Origin: an uncultured Gammaproteobacteria bacterium
Lineage (GTDB): Bacteria; Patescibacteriota; Patescibacteriia; CAZGFX01
Direction: 5' to 3'
Assembly (NCBI GenBank): GCA_964524845.1
Contig: CAZGFX010000001.1
Span: 227,740 to 291,739, forward strand
Length of the DNA stretch: 64,000 nt
Shown: positions 51,051 to 60,582 of the stretch, piece after piece
Position numbering within the stretch: position 1 is the stretch's first letter
How the letters are laid out: each line of letters begins with the position of its first letter
Made by a program: the position numbers and the translations under genes
Notes under the pieces: generated by a model
Seen by the model: the letters and a program-made list of their open reading frames with translations, nothing else
Databases searched by the model: none
Told to the model about the DNA's origin: nothing

Positions 51051-51229
51051 ATTGTGGTTATCATGAGTATACAAAATTATCACCAAAAAACAAATATATT
51101 AGCTAAAACAAGAGCATTAAAAAGGTTTATTAAAACTTGACAGAAAATAAGAAATATAGTAAGTTACTATGATAAATAAAACAAAAAAATAAATCAGCCA
51201 AAGCCCTTTGCTGGGTAAGGAGAATTAAA

Positions 51230-53509
51230 ATGAAAAAACAGTCTTTATTCTACATGGCATTTTTTGCCATAATGATCTTTTCAAAATCTGAAGTGATTGC
51301 ACAACATTCGTCTGAAATTATGACGATTGTTGATGTCCGATCAATCATTCCATCGGGCGCGACAATATTCGGACCTGTGAAATCAAAAACCGTGATTACC
51401 GGCGACATTGATACTCTTATGTATATAGGAGTTACTATTAATGAAAACCAGTATTATCACGGGTATCTTGACGAGCTTGTGATTGTTTCAAATCATAAGT
51501 TTCAATATCTCGATCCGAACTTGTTCGAATGGATCAAGCTTGTAAGATTATCGAACGTAACTGGGTTACCAAACTTATCGATCGATAGCGTCTGGCACCC
51601 TACGACAGAAGTCCGGTTTTCAAACTCAGCTCAAGCGCTTCCTGCGCGAGAACAAATGGTTTTGGTTGTGATATACAAAGTACGACAAAACCACGACATA
51701 CTTCGAACATGGCACACAGGATTTTTTTCTGTTAAAAAACTGGTTATGAGACGGCCGAACGGAGAATTACTTAGAAACCAGTTTCTGCCTGAACGACAAT
51801 TTGAATTAAAAAGAAGTTTCGTTCCGACAGACACGAGCGAACATCCTCGCATTGGAGCATATTACGTAAGTTCTCCAAACGGGGATCGTTGGATGTTCGT
51901 TAGAAGAGTCGACAGCATATACACAATTCCTGACAGCCAAAAAGTGGCTGGAACATGGGAAAATGGAGGTGTTATTTCCGCAGGACAAATAGAGAAACTC
52001 ACAAACGCACATCGAGTTACTAAGCTCGTGTTTGGAGACAGTATCCAGTTCGGCGGACGAACACTAACTCACCCATTCGTGTATAACGATGTCGTCTGGT
52101 ACGAAACAGTTCGCGACAGCATGACACCGACAAGTATGTTGATTAAAATATACTCGCAAGGACATGCCAGAGTCGTGAATAGTGTCGTTCCGCAAGGCGG
52201 AAATGTTAATAATGTGGTACTTGATGATGGAACTATGCTTTCTCATAATGAAAGCATTCTGATTAATATGACGTATCTTTATGGGATAAGAAATGTTCCA
52301 AAACGAGTGCAGGAAACTGCACCGATCATAAGATACACATCACAATCATCACTAGTTGTTCCAGCTAGTATAACTTCGGATGCTTCTGTTGACACAATAA
52401 TTATTAAGAGTCCAGCAGATCCGAATAAGTCAATTGTCATAACTCATCTTAAACCAACAATCGAACGAGTTGGTGATTATTTTTCAAACTGGGCGCAAAC
52501 CGTATGGTTTGAAGACCGTTTGAAAAACAAAATTGTGATGAAAAATGATTGGGAGCTCGCAATTCCTATGACAATATCCCCTGGTGATTCATTTATGTTT
52601 ATTATAAAAACAAATACGAATGACAAGGACTTGATATCGCAAATCAGAAATAACTCTATAGCATATTATCGTGTAAACTTCTGTGGAGATCCTGATTCGG
52701 CTTATATCACAGGAAATATAGGATATCAGTACTCGACCAACTATGGAATCAGGCGAAGCAGCGCAATACTTCGAGGATATGATGTTCTGGGAAAAAAGCA
52801 CGAGTTTTCGGGCGCGATTCTGCAAGGAGATAAATCTATTAACGACGGAGTATATTTCATTGATAAGATGGAATGGAAGGGTGTCACCACGACTGGAGCT
52901 ACACTTCGTCTAAAGGTGAAAAACTTTTTTACCGAATCAGAACCTGTCGCAATAGCGATCAGATTACAGAAAAATCGCTACGAAAGCACCGAGCGTTTGT
53001 TCGTAGGATATGGCTCGTTTGAGAACGAGTATCTACTACCATATGCGCTTACGAATGATTTGAAATATATTGATATTCCAATATATTGGAACGATTTCTT
53101 CTTAGAAACATTCGAAGAAGACACAATATATTTCACTCGGTTTGATGTGTATGATCTTGATACAAGTCGTTGCGTAAAAGTTCAAGATCTAGTATACGAT
53201 GGTCGCGCAAAAACTCTTGTGATAAAAGAAACGGATCCAGTACTTTCGTGGAAAGTGGCTCCGAATCCAATCACAGACCATTTTAATCTAATTACCAATC
53301 TTACTAGATCGCTCGATGTAAAATTGGTAATACACGACATGGTCGGTAGAAAGATAATGGAAACAAAAACAAATCTTTCTGCTGGAGAAAGTACGACAAA
53401 GATCTCATTTCCATATGCAGCGAGCGGTGTATATTTCGTACACATTGCTGTAGAAAACAAGCCTTTCAGAGATAAACAAAAAACTTGGAAGGTTACTAAA
53501 TTACGATAA
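51230..53509 (+). CDS. large secreted protein with T9SS type-A-like C-terminal sorting domain
   Basis: Signal peptide; VAPNP...IHDMVGR...SGVYFV...WKVTK; own promoter, SD, terminator. Confidence 0.8.
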   Translation: MKKQSLFYMAFFAIMIFSKSEVIAQHSSEIMTIVDVRSIIPSGATIFGPVKSKTVITGDIDTLMYIGVTINENQYYHGYLDELVIVSNHKFQYLDPNLFEWIKLVRLSNVTGLPNLSIDSVWHPTTEVRFSNSAQALPAREQMVLVVIYKVRQNHDILRTWHTGFFSVKKLVMRRPNGELLRNQFLPERQFELKRSFVPTDTSEHPRIGAYYVSSPNGDRWMFVRRVDSIYTIPDSQKVAGTWENGGVISAGQIEKLTNAHRVTKLVFGDSIQFGGRTLTHPFVYNDVVWYETVRDSMTPTSMLIKIYSQGHARVVNSVVPQGGNVNNVVLDDGTMLSHNESILINMTYLYGIRNVPKRVQETAPIIRYTSQSSLVVPASITSDASVDTIIIKSPADPNKSIVITHLKPTIERVGDYFSNWAQTVWFEDRLKNKIVMKNDWELAIPMTISPGDSFMFIIKTNTNDKDLISQIRNNSIAYYRVNFCGDPDSAYITGNIGYQYSTNYGIRRSSAILRGYDVLGKKHEFSGAILQGDKSINDGVYFIDKMEWKGVTTTGATLRLKVKNFFTESEPVAIAIRLQKNRYESTERLFVGYGSFENEYLLPYALTNDLKYIDIPIYWNDFFLETFEEDTIYFTRFDVYDLDTSRCVKVQDLVYDGRAKTLVIKETDPVLSWKVAPNPITDHFNLITNLTRSLDVKLVIHDMVGRKIMETKTNLSAGESTTKISFPYAASGVYFVHIAVENKPFRDKQKTWKVTKLR

Positions 53510-53648
53510 AAAGACAAAATAATCCCCCTTACTTTAAATTAGTAAGGGGGTTTTCATTTGTTTTTAGCCAAAAATAGCCTATTTGACGTCTATTGACTTT
53601 TTTGGTATAAATGCTAATCTATAAGGATTTAAAAACAATAAAAAAACA

Positions 53649-53686
53649 ATCCCTCGTCGTGTTGAAAAACACGACTCGGGACAAGC
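53649..53686 (+). repeat. 38-bp dispersed hairpin element, copy 2, in a 5' UTR
   Basis: atccctcgtcgtgttgaaaaacacgactcgggacaagc. Confidence 0.9.
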
Positions 53687-53704
53687 CATGAAAAGGAGAT
53701 TAAA

Positions 53705-56500
53705 ATGAAAAAGATAATTGTATTTTCACTTTCGCTCTTTACAGCGATATGTGTAGTGTCCTTCGCCGGACACGCACAATCAATTGGAAATTTGACGGAA
53801 AACTCCCCAGCAGGGAAGATTGTTCGCCACCAAAATTTCCCTGTGATGCGCTTCCAGATAACTGGTGTTCCAACACAGTCTGGAAATGTTTATAAAATAC
53901 TGGAAAAAGTATTTATAGGTATTCAAACCAATCGAAAAGTTACAGGTTCTATTGATATTGGTTTGTATAATTATTACACGGGTGAGTTTTATGGAAACGA
54001 ATCACTTGTACCAATACGAACCCATTCTTCTGGGACCGATAGTTGTTATGTCGAGTCTTTTATTACTCATAAACAAAACGGATCAAACCTTCTTCTAGAT
54101 CCTTCTACTGTTTTCGAGATGAGAGCAAATCTGAACAGTGATAGTATGAGAATAAATGATGTAATTACTTTTATTGTAAATGGGATCGAATACAGAGATC
54201 CTAGTTTACCAAACGAACCATCTTTTCTATTTGGAAACACGCTTCGAAAAGTAACACTCGTATATTCTGGTGCGATTATTAGTAACGAATTTGTCGTCAC
54301 TGACAAGATATTCACCGTTGACGCTGATAACTCTTTAAACGGAGCCTATCTGCTCGTTGGTGATTCGCTGGATCAGAATATTCCATATCAAGAAATCGGA
54401 AGGTTTACAGTGAATAATTGGCATCCCTCAAACGAATGGAGGTCCAAATATATCGTATTTGCTGAAACAAACCTGAACACATTTCCAGGTTTCAGTCAGA
54501 ACTTTTTCAAGGCAACTATTGAGAAATTGAATTCGGATGGAAAAACATGGACGAGGATAACTCCTGAAGTCCAAAATCCTAACCGAAGTTTTAACATCAA
54601 TAACAATGCCTTGAACTTACAACCGTTAAAATCGGCCGTGTGCCGATTAATGGTTAAGTCTGTTAATTGGACCGGATTCAATGGTTCTCTCATAAACTTC
54701 ACAGCAAGTGTTATGGGAATGTATTATTTGTTAGGGACAATAACGGGCGAAGCCGGAAGCGATTACGACACATTACAAACAATTGTTGTTTCAGATGCGG
54801 GAAATCAGGAATATTATATTCATCCGCTTCTGAAAAACAGTCTTCATATCGTTTCGAAAGAAACGATTGATACTACGATGACAATTGTTGTTCATGGCGC
54901 TCCCGAAGAGGATACTAAAACAGAAGAAATTAGGTTTGAAGTATCAAATCCTCATAATATTACCAAAATAGGCGTGACATGGAACGAAGGAACTGCTAAA
55001 AAGTCTAAGGAAACAAACGTTACTAACAGTGACGCTATTATTTCCGGAATTGGTAACTTCATAGGAAAAAATGCGAGTGAGAATATGCAGGTTAAAATAA
55101 CTGCGAATCGCTCTAGTATTCTTCCGACTCATGATCCAGCGCAGAAAATATCGGTCGTATCTATATCTCACCTGATATCAAAAGGAGAGATATCGAAAAT
55201 AAGCCGTCGCGGGGATCAGCAAAAAATTCGCTATACATACAGCCAATTTGGTTCTATTCCGGAAGGCACATTCCTTCATCTGAATCGCCCTACGATTGGT
55301 TCTTATGGGTTTAAAACCGTAAGCTCGATCAATGGAACGGTTCAGATAAACCAAAAGGACGAGTTCGAGATTATGGTTCCTGCGACAGAGGTGTCCAGAG
55401 GATATGCGTTTGTCGAGATGAAACGAGGCGATGTTGTTGATATATATGATCCGAACGTACACGAGTACGGACGTGTCGTGGTCCTGCAAGATTTAAGCGC
55501 AGGAACAACAACAGATAGTCTTGTTTTGTCAGCCAGAGTAGGCGTAAGTCCATATAGACTTTGTTATATTGTAAATATAACAAAGCAGACGAACATAGCG
55601 GCAAAACCATTTGTGTTTGAAGATGCGCGACTGGACTTCACCGTCCTCGATCCGATCAATAATGGAAATGCTATTGATGCGAGCGGCGAGACAAACCAGA
55701 TTCTGCTAACAGTAAGAGTAAAATGTGTTGGCGAAGCACCAATAAAAATAACTTCGATGCCTTTCATAAAAACATCGAGTCATACATCTGCCATAGAACG
55801 AATAAAGGAATTCACACTTGTTCGCGACAATGGTCAGACTTTCGATGCTATACGAACTGATAAAGAAGTTATTGAGTTTCGTCCTGACACCGCTATCACG
55901 CTTGCTCCGGGACAGAGTTTCGCCGTACAAGTTCAGGGAAACACATCCGATATTGGAAAAGCGTTTCGAACAGGAACGTTTCAACTCCAAATTGGAAGAT
56001 CTTCAGGACCGTTTGGCGAAGGCGGATGGGACTGGGAGTACGTTTCCAAGTACGATAATCAGACAATCGTCCGTGGAAACACTGCAAACGATTATCCTGT
56101 GCAAGGCCCATTGTTTTTATACGGTGGAAGTGGAAAAGATTTGAGTTTTTGCAGTAATGTAAAAATTAACTTCTTCCCTCACCCGGTCACAAGAAATTGG
56201 CTTGCCGAGCACAGAGCGATTCCCGCCAAGTTCGTCGCGAAATATCCGGAGAAGTACGAAGGCATACGTGTAAAAGCATATGATCTTCAGATGAGAGACA
56301 TAACATATATGTTTGAAGCTAATATGTTTAATCTCGACTTCTCGGCAATCGAGCCTACGAACGAAGGATATGTGATCAAAGACGTGTTTACCTTGAAAAT
56401 CAAGGATCCACGTTCTATGGATCATGTCGCATCGCAAATACTGTTCATCGTTTTTGACGAAGGATGTCAAAATACGGCAAAGCTCGTCATACGAAAATAA
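53705..56500 (+). CDS. large secreted beta-rich protein with degenerate T9SS-like C-terminus
   Basis: Signal peptide (AHA-Q); FFPHPV...AYDLQMR...KLVIRK. Confidence 0.75.
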   Translation: MKKIIVFSLSLFTAICVVSFAGHAQSIGNLTENSPAGKIVRHQNFPVMRFQITGVPTQSGNVYKILEKVFIGIQTNRKVTGSIDIGLYNYYTGEFYGNESLVPIRTHSSGTDSCYVESFITHKQNGSNLLLDPSTVFEMRANLNSDSMRINDVITFIVNGIEYRDPSLPNEPSFLFGNTLRKVTLVYSGAIISNEFVVTDKIFTVDADNSLNGAYLLVGDSLDQNIPYQEIGRFTVNNWHPSNEWRSKYIVFAETNLNTFPGFSQNFFKATIEKLNSDGKTWTRITPEVQNPNRSFNINNNALNLQPLKSAVCRLMVKSVNWTGFNGSLINFTASVMGMYYLLGTITGEAGSDYDTLQTIVVSDAGNQEYYIHPLLKNSLHIVSKETIDTTMTIVVHGAPEEDTKTEEIRFEVSNPHNITKIGVTWNEGTAKKSKETNVTNSDAIISGIGNFIGKNASENMQVKITANRSSILPTHDPAQKISVVSISHLISKGEISKISRRGDQQKIRYTYSQFGSIPEGTFLHLNRPTIGSYGFKTVSSINGTVQINQKDEFEIMVPATEVSRGYAFVEMKRGDVVDIYDPNVHEYGRVVVLQDLSAGTTTDSLVLSARVGVSPYRLCYIVNITKQTNIAAKPFVFEDARLDFTVLDPINNGNAIDASGETNQILLTVRVKCVGEAPIKITSMPFIKTSSHTSAIERIKEFTLVRDNGQTFDAIRTDKEVIEFRPDTAITLAPGQSFAVQVQGNTSDIGKAFRTGTFQLQIGRSSGPFGEGGWDWEYVSKYDNQTIVRGNTANDYPVQGPLFLYGGSGKDLSFCSNVKINFFPHPVTRNWLAEHRAIPAKFVAKYPEKYEGIRVKAYDLQMRDITYMFEANMFNLDFSAIEPTNEGYVIKDVFTLKIKDPRSMDHVASQILFIVFDEGCQNTAKLVIRK

Positions 56501-56585
56501 ATTAATTGTAAACAAACAACGCCTGATCATAAATGATTGGGCGTTTTTATTTTTCCTTGTTTTTCAATTTAAAACTTTGGATAAG

Positions 56586-57965
56586 TTATTTTCTTGATAT
56601 TACAAGTGCGTTCGGTACGTCTTGTCCTGGTCCAACATAATACACACCACCAAGCATCATCGCACCTGATCGTCCACCATCAAGATTAAGAGCAAACTCA
56701 GCACCAAGCTCTTTCATGACATAAGCCATGGCCGGCACAGTACTGCTTGAAGTATAAACGATAAACAATCGGTCATTATTATAACCTATCGACATACGAG
56801 CTTTGTTTTGAGAAGACTGCATCTTATTCATAAACTCTTTATCAACGACAACCTTCCCATATTCAACCAAAGATGGTCCCGAAGTAATTGCTCCATAAAG
56901 CTTTTTTCCTGTCGCAAACTCAAACCATTTTTCGTTTTGTATTTCACTAACTCTATGAAAATAATGGAAATCGCCATCTTCCGTAACAGCAAGCATCGAT
57001 CCGTCTGTAAAATTAATCTTATCACTATTAAAAAATGTTTTTGTGTTTGTACCATAAAGTGGCCAGAACGTAGCTCGTTTCTGATCGACACATTTAATAT
57101 CATCATCAGGACAGAAATAACTTCCGTTTATTGCCACAATAGCGTTTGGTATCTCGTGAAAATACTTGTATATGCTTTTTGCCTTACAATCTTTTTCGCA
57201 ATCAAATATATCTCCTGATAAAACTGAGATACGAATACCTTTTGAACGATCGAGTGATATCATTCGTACCCACACATTTCCTTTTTCGGTTGATATTTCT
57301 TTTATTGAAAAAGAATAAACATCATTCTCTAGTACCTCATCAGATGGGCGTATCCTTGATAGGTTCTCGTCTGTAATTCCAAGCCCAAGTTTCGACATAA
57401 TTCGAAAAGCATCAGCAGGACGACCAAGAAAATAACGAATCTTAGTATCAGGATGAACATACCATGCCTCGCCATGCGACTCTACTTGCAAAAGTATCTT
57501 GCCAGCTAAACGAGTTCGAAGCTCATCGTCATATTGTTTTTCGGAATTAACTGGGTTTTTATTTTGAGTATCATTAATTGGCAGGCACGTGGAAACGTCT
57601 CCGTTAAGGCATTTTTCAGGATCGATATACACCTCTCCTTGATTTACAAGCGATGGAGACGGCGCGCGCTCGGCGCCATTTGAAAAAGAGGTATCCTTTT
57701 CGTCGTGTATGGGTATTTTTTCTATTTCCGCATTTGATATTCCGAGGCCGAGCGCGCGCATGAGATTCCACGCATCATCAGGACGACCTAGAAAATACCT
57801 TTTGTAGTCATCGGGATTAATATACCACGCCTCTCCGTTCTTCTCGACTTGTAATACTATTTTTCCTGAAAGATCGGAAACAAATGAAGCGTGCACCGAC
57901 GTATATACCATCGCGCATCCTGCAAAGGAAAATATAAGTAAAAATATTTTTACAAAATATTTCAT
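56586..57965 (-). CDS. secreted phosphodiester glycosidase (NAGPA-family) protein
   Basis: Two GKI.LQVE..GEAWY..P...RYFLGRP.DA repeats; AINGSYF, GP.LV, ALNLDGG.S. Confidence 0.8.
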   Translation of the reverse strand: MKYFVKIFLLIFSFAGCAMVYTSVHASFVSDLSGKIVLQVEKNGEAWYINPDDYKRYFLGRPDDAWNLMRALGLGISNAEIEKIPIHDEKDTSFSNGAERAPSPSLVNQGEVYIDPEKCLNGDVSTCLPINDTQNKNPVNSEKQYDDELRTRLAGKILLQVESHGEAWYVHPDTKIRYFLGRPADAFRIMSKLGLGITDENLSRIRPSDEVLENDVYSFSIKEISTEKGNVWVRMISLDRSKGIRISVLSGDIFDCEKDCKAKSIYKYFHEIPNAIVAINGSYFCPDDDIKCVDQKRATFWPLYGTNTKTFFNSDKINFTDGSMLAVTEDGDFHYFHRVSEIQNEKWFEFATGKKLYGAITSGPSLVEYGKVVVDKEFMNKMQSSQNKARMSIGYNNDRLFIVYTSSSTVPAMAYVMKELGAEFALNLDGGRSGAMMLGGVYYVGPGQDVPNALVISRK

Positions 57966-58558
57966 TTATTTTGTTTTCGAATAAGAATAGTAAGCCCATC
58001 GTCAATGTGTAATTCAAATACGGAAAAATCGGCTTGATTTCCGAGATATTCTCGAAATTCAGAAAGCTCGTCAGCATGTGAATCTGTATTGTCAATTACA
58101 ATACTTGCGTGATCCAAAAGAAGTGGAATAAGTTGTTCTATAATTTCTTTGTATTGATATTTTACAGCATCTAGAAACACAAAATCAAACTTCATAGATA
58201 AAAAAGGCTCCACAGAAAAACACTCCGGCGCGTGCAGATTATAGATCGTAACACAATCATCAGCTCCGGCATCAAAAATAGCTTTCTTTGCGGACAAAAA
58301 ACGCTCTTCGTGTGATTCAATAGTATGTAGATGCCCTTTTATTTCTTTTAAAACTTTTGCGAAATTAAGAGCGGAATACCCGTTTGAAGAGCCTATTTCA
58401 AGAATATGACGCGGCGCCGTGGCGCAGACGAGACAACGAAGAAACTCGGCAGTTTCATTATGAATATTCCAATATGGATTTCCTTCCGTATTTCGAATTT
58501 TCTCGAGTCGCAAACACTCTTCTTCAAGTTTTTTCATATATAAGTCAGTATTTTTCAT
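57962..58558 (-). CDS. class I SAM-dependent O-methyltransferase
   Basis: ILEIGSSNGYS, FDFVFLDA.K..Y, IDN. Confidence 0.88.
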   Translation of the reverse strand: MKNTDLYMKKLEEECLRLEKIRNTEGNPYWNIHNETAEFLRCLVCATAPRHILEIGSSNGYSALNFAKVLKEIKGHLHTIESHEERFLSAKKAIFDAGADDCVTIYNLHAPECFSVEPFLSMKFDFVFLDAVKYQYKEIIEQLIPLLLDHASIVIDNTDSHADELSEFREYLGNQADFSVFELHIDDGLTILIRKQNK

Positions 58559-58803
58559 ATATCGATAATTCTCTTTTGATTTTTATTCACCACTTCCCGC
58601 GTTCTTCCATACGTTCCGTGCGCGCCACGGCGCCGCTGAAACTTGTTTTTCAACCAAGGATATAGAGTTTTTTTCCATTTCCCCCATATCCAAAAAATAA
58701 TAATCGCTATCAAAACATACGGTAGCAGATGCACCGCTACCGTAATTATAAGAATAAATACGAGTAAAATGATAAAAATCGCGAAAACTCTATTAATGGC
58801 CAT
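58555..58803 (-). CDS. small membrane protein
   Basis: Hydrophobic N-half; ATGA overlap with next gene. Confidence 0.65.
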   Translation of the reverse strand: MAINRVFAIFIILLVFILIITVAVHLLPYVLIAIIIFWIWGKWKKTLYPWLKNKFQRRRGAHGTYGRTREVVNKNQKRIIDI

Positions 58804-58815
58804 ACCATTAATGCA

Positions 58816-59181
58816 TTATGAGTTTTTGATTTTTGAATCAATTTCTTTCAACTTTTGATTAATCGCTCGAAGTCCTTTTATTACCGCGTGACTTGTCTTT
58901 TTCTGTGCAGTAACTTCAAGATCTTTGAGAAGTACTTCCATTTGTTGTTTCACCTTCTCCCAATCACCATCCCATGATTCACGAAGCTCTTTCCATGCTT
59001 CCTCGAGATGATCCATGGTATCAACCCCTTTTTCTTCCAATCGAGCTGCAATCATTTTTAACTTAGCCTCCATAATTGCACGCTTATCATCGCTTATTTG
59101 TCCCTTAAGTTTATCGAGCATTGAGTGTATCTCGTGTTTTATGCTCTTTTTCATTAAAAACATTTTTATACGTGAAAACAT
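58816..59181 (-). CDS. hypothetical helical protein
   Basis: 121-aa ORF co-oriented in operon. Confidence 0.7.
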   Translation of the reverse strand: MFSRIKMFLMKKSIKHEIHSMLDKLKGQISDDKRAIMEAKLKMIAARLEEKGVDTMDHLEEAWKELRESWDGDWEKVKQQMEVLLKDLEVTAQKKTSHAVIKGLRAINQKLKEIDSKIKNS

Positions 59182-59302
59182 ATTTGTTTATATTACGTTT
59201 ATATTCTATATCATTTGGCTGTTTTTGTGAAATAAAAAAGCCCATCCGTTTTTAAACGAATGGGTTTTATGAATAGAACTTATGATTGAGTCAATGACCC
59301 AA

Positions 59303-60415
59303 TCATTTTTTCTTTTTGTTTACTTTTTTGTCGCTCTCTATCATGAACGAGAGCAGTACACTTGTCGGCGAAGGGTTCATTTTTCCTCCGAAGACAAGGT
59401 TTCCGATGGAAAGCTTTCCTTTCTTATCATAATTTACAGTTCCCGACGTATTTTTCGTCTGAAACCGCAAAATCCCTTTGTCTATATATTTTATCAAGAG
59501 GCTATCAAGTCCCTCATCTCTCGCCTGATAATCCTCTTTTTCCATTTCCAAAGGAAGGATAACATTCGACAATGCTTTCTGTTCGTTTGTGTATATGACT
59601 TTCCGAATAGTCAACCATTTCACAGTTTCTAAGTTGTCTGAAACTATTTCGGAAAAATTTGTATAAACATAAGGATCGTCCGGATCCGACAACGCTTGAT
59701 TAAAATCGCTGTCTTTGAATTTTAACCATCTTTTTGTCGTATAATACCCGGTTTCCTCTTTTACGGTTGTAATGGTATCAGGAATCAAAACGAGTAATGA
59801 ATTCAATGGAACAGACTCAGAAAATCCACATTTTTGAAGAATTCGTCTATTGGGCAACTGTGTCTTCAAATCATTATTAATAAGATTCATCTTATCAATA
59901 ATTACCGGAAAATCCCCCGATAAGACAAAAAATGTTTGTATGGAAATCTTTTTGTCTTTTTCAGTTGACAAGATCAGGCGAGAAAGAAGATATTGCCCTT
60001 CGTATTTTGTAACAATTCTTTTTGCAAAATTTTCAACTTCAGCGAATTGTTCGATAAACGATTCGGGTATATCTTTGCTTTCCAAGACGATGTTGGTCGA
60101 AACCTTATTTTTCTGAGAACCTCCAGATGAGGCTCCAACTGAACTTCCCGAACCAACGTCCATTGCTACATCGTTCTTCGAAGGAACAATTTTTACATCT
60201 TTCTTTTCTTTACCGGCCTCATCTTTTTTCTCGTCCTTCTTTGCGACGTCCTTCTTTTCGTCTTTTTTCTTATCATCCTTTTTCTTGTCATCGTCTTTTT
60301 TTACAGTTTCCTTAGCCTGGTCTTTTTTCAAGACCTTCTTAGTTGCGACAAGTTGACAACTCGTCACCACAAACACCGCAATAAGCAGTGCAAAAAATAA
60401 TTTCAACGTTCTCAT
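59303..60415 (-). CDS. putative lipoprotein with Lys/Asp-rich N-terminal tract
   Basis: AGGAG SD before ATG 60415; lipobox-like VTSC; KKDD repeats; own promoter and terminator. Confidence 0.75.
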   Translation of the reverse strand: MRTLKLFFALLIAVFVVTSCQLVATKKVLKKDQAKETVKKDDDKKKDDKKKDEKKDVAKKDEKKDEAGKEKKDVKIVPSKNDVAMDVGSGSSVGASSGGSQKNKVSTNIVLESKDIPESFIEQFAEVENFAKRIVTKYEGQYLLSRLILSTEKDKKISIQTFFVLSGDFPVIIDKMNLINNDLKTQLPNRRILQKCGFSESVPLNSLLVLIPDTITTVKEETGYYTTKRWLKFKDSDFNQALSDPDDPYVYTNFSEIVSDNLETVKWLTIRKVIYTNEQKALSNVILPLEMEKEDYQARDEGLDSLLIKYIDKGILRFQTKNTSGTVNYDKKGKLSIGNLVFGGKMNPSPTSVLLSFMIESDKKVNKKKK

Positions 60416-60582
60416 AACGCTCCTTTTCTGCCAATAACCCATGGTCACCAGCTAGTTTTGTTTATTTGTTTTTAACTTATATTTATGAATTTATCATATG
60501 ATTGTATAAATATACGGAGATTTTGTCAATAGCTAGCAAAGGTACGAAAAAACGGCTTTTTCGAGCCGTTTTTTTATAAATA

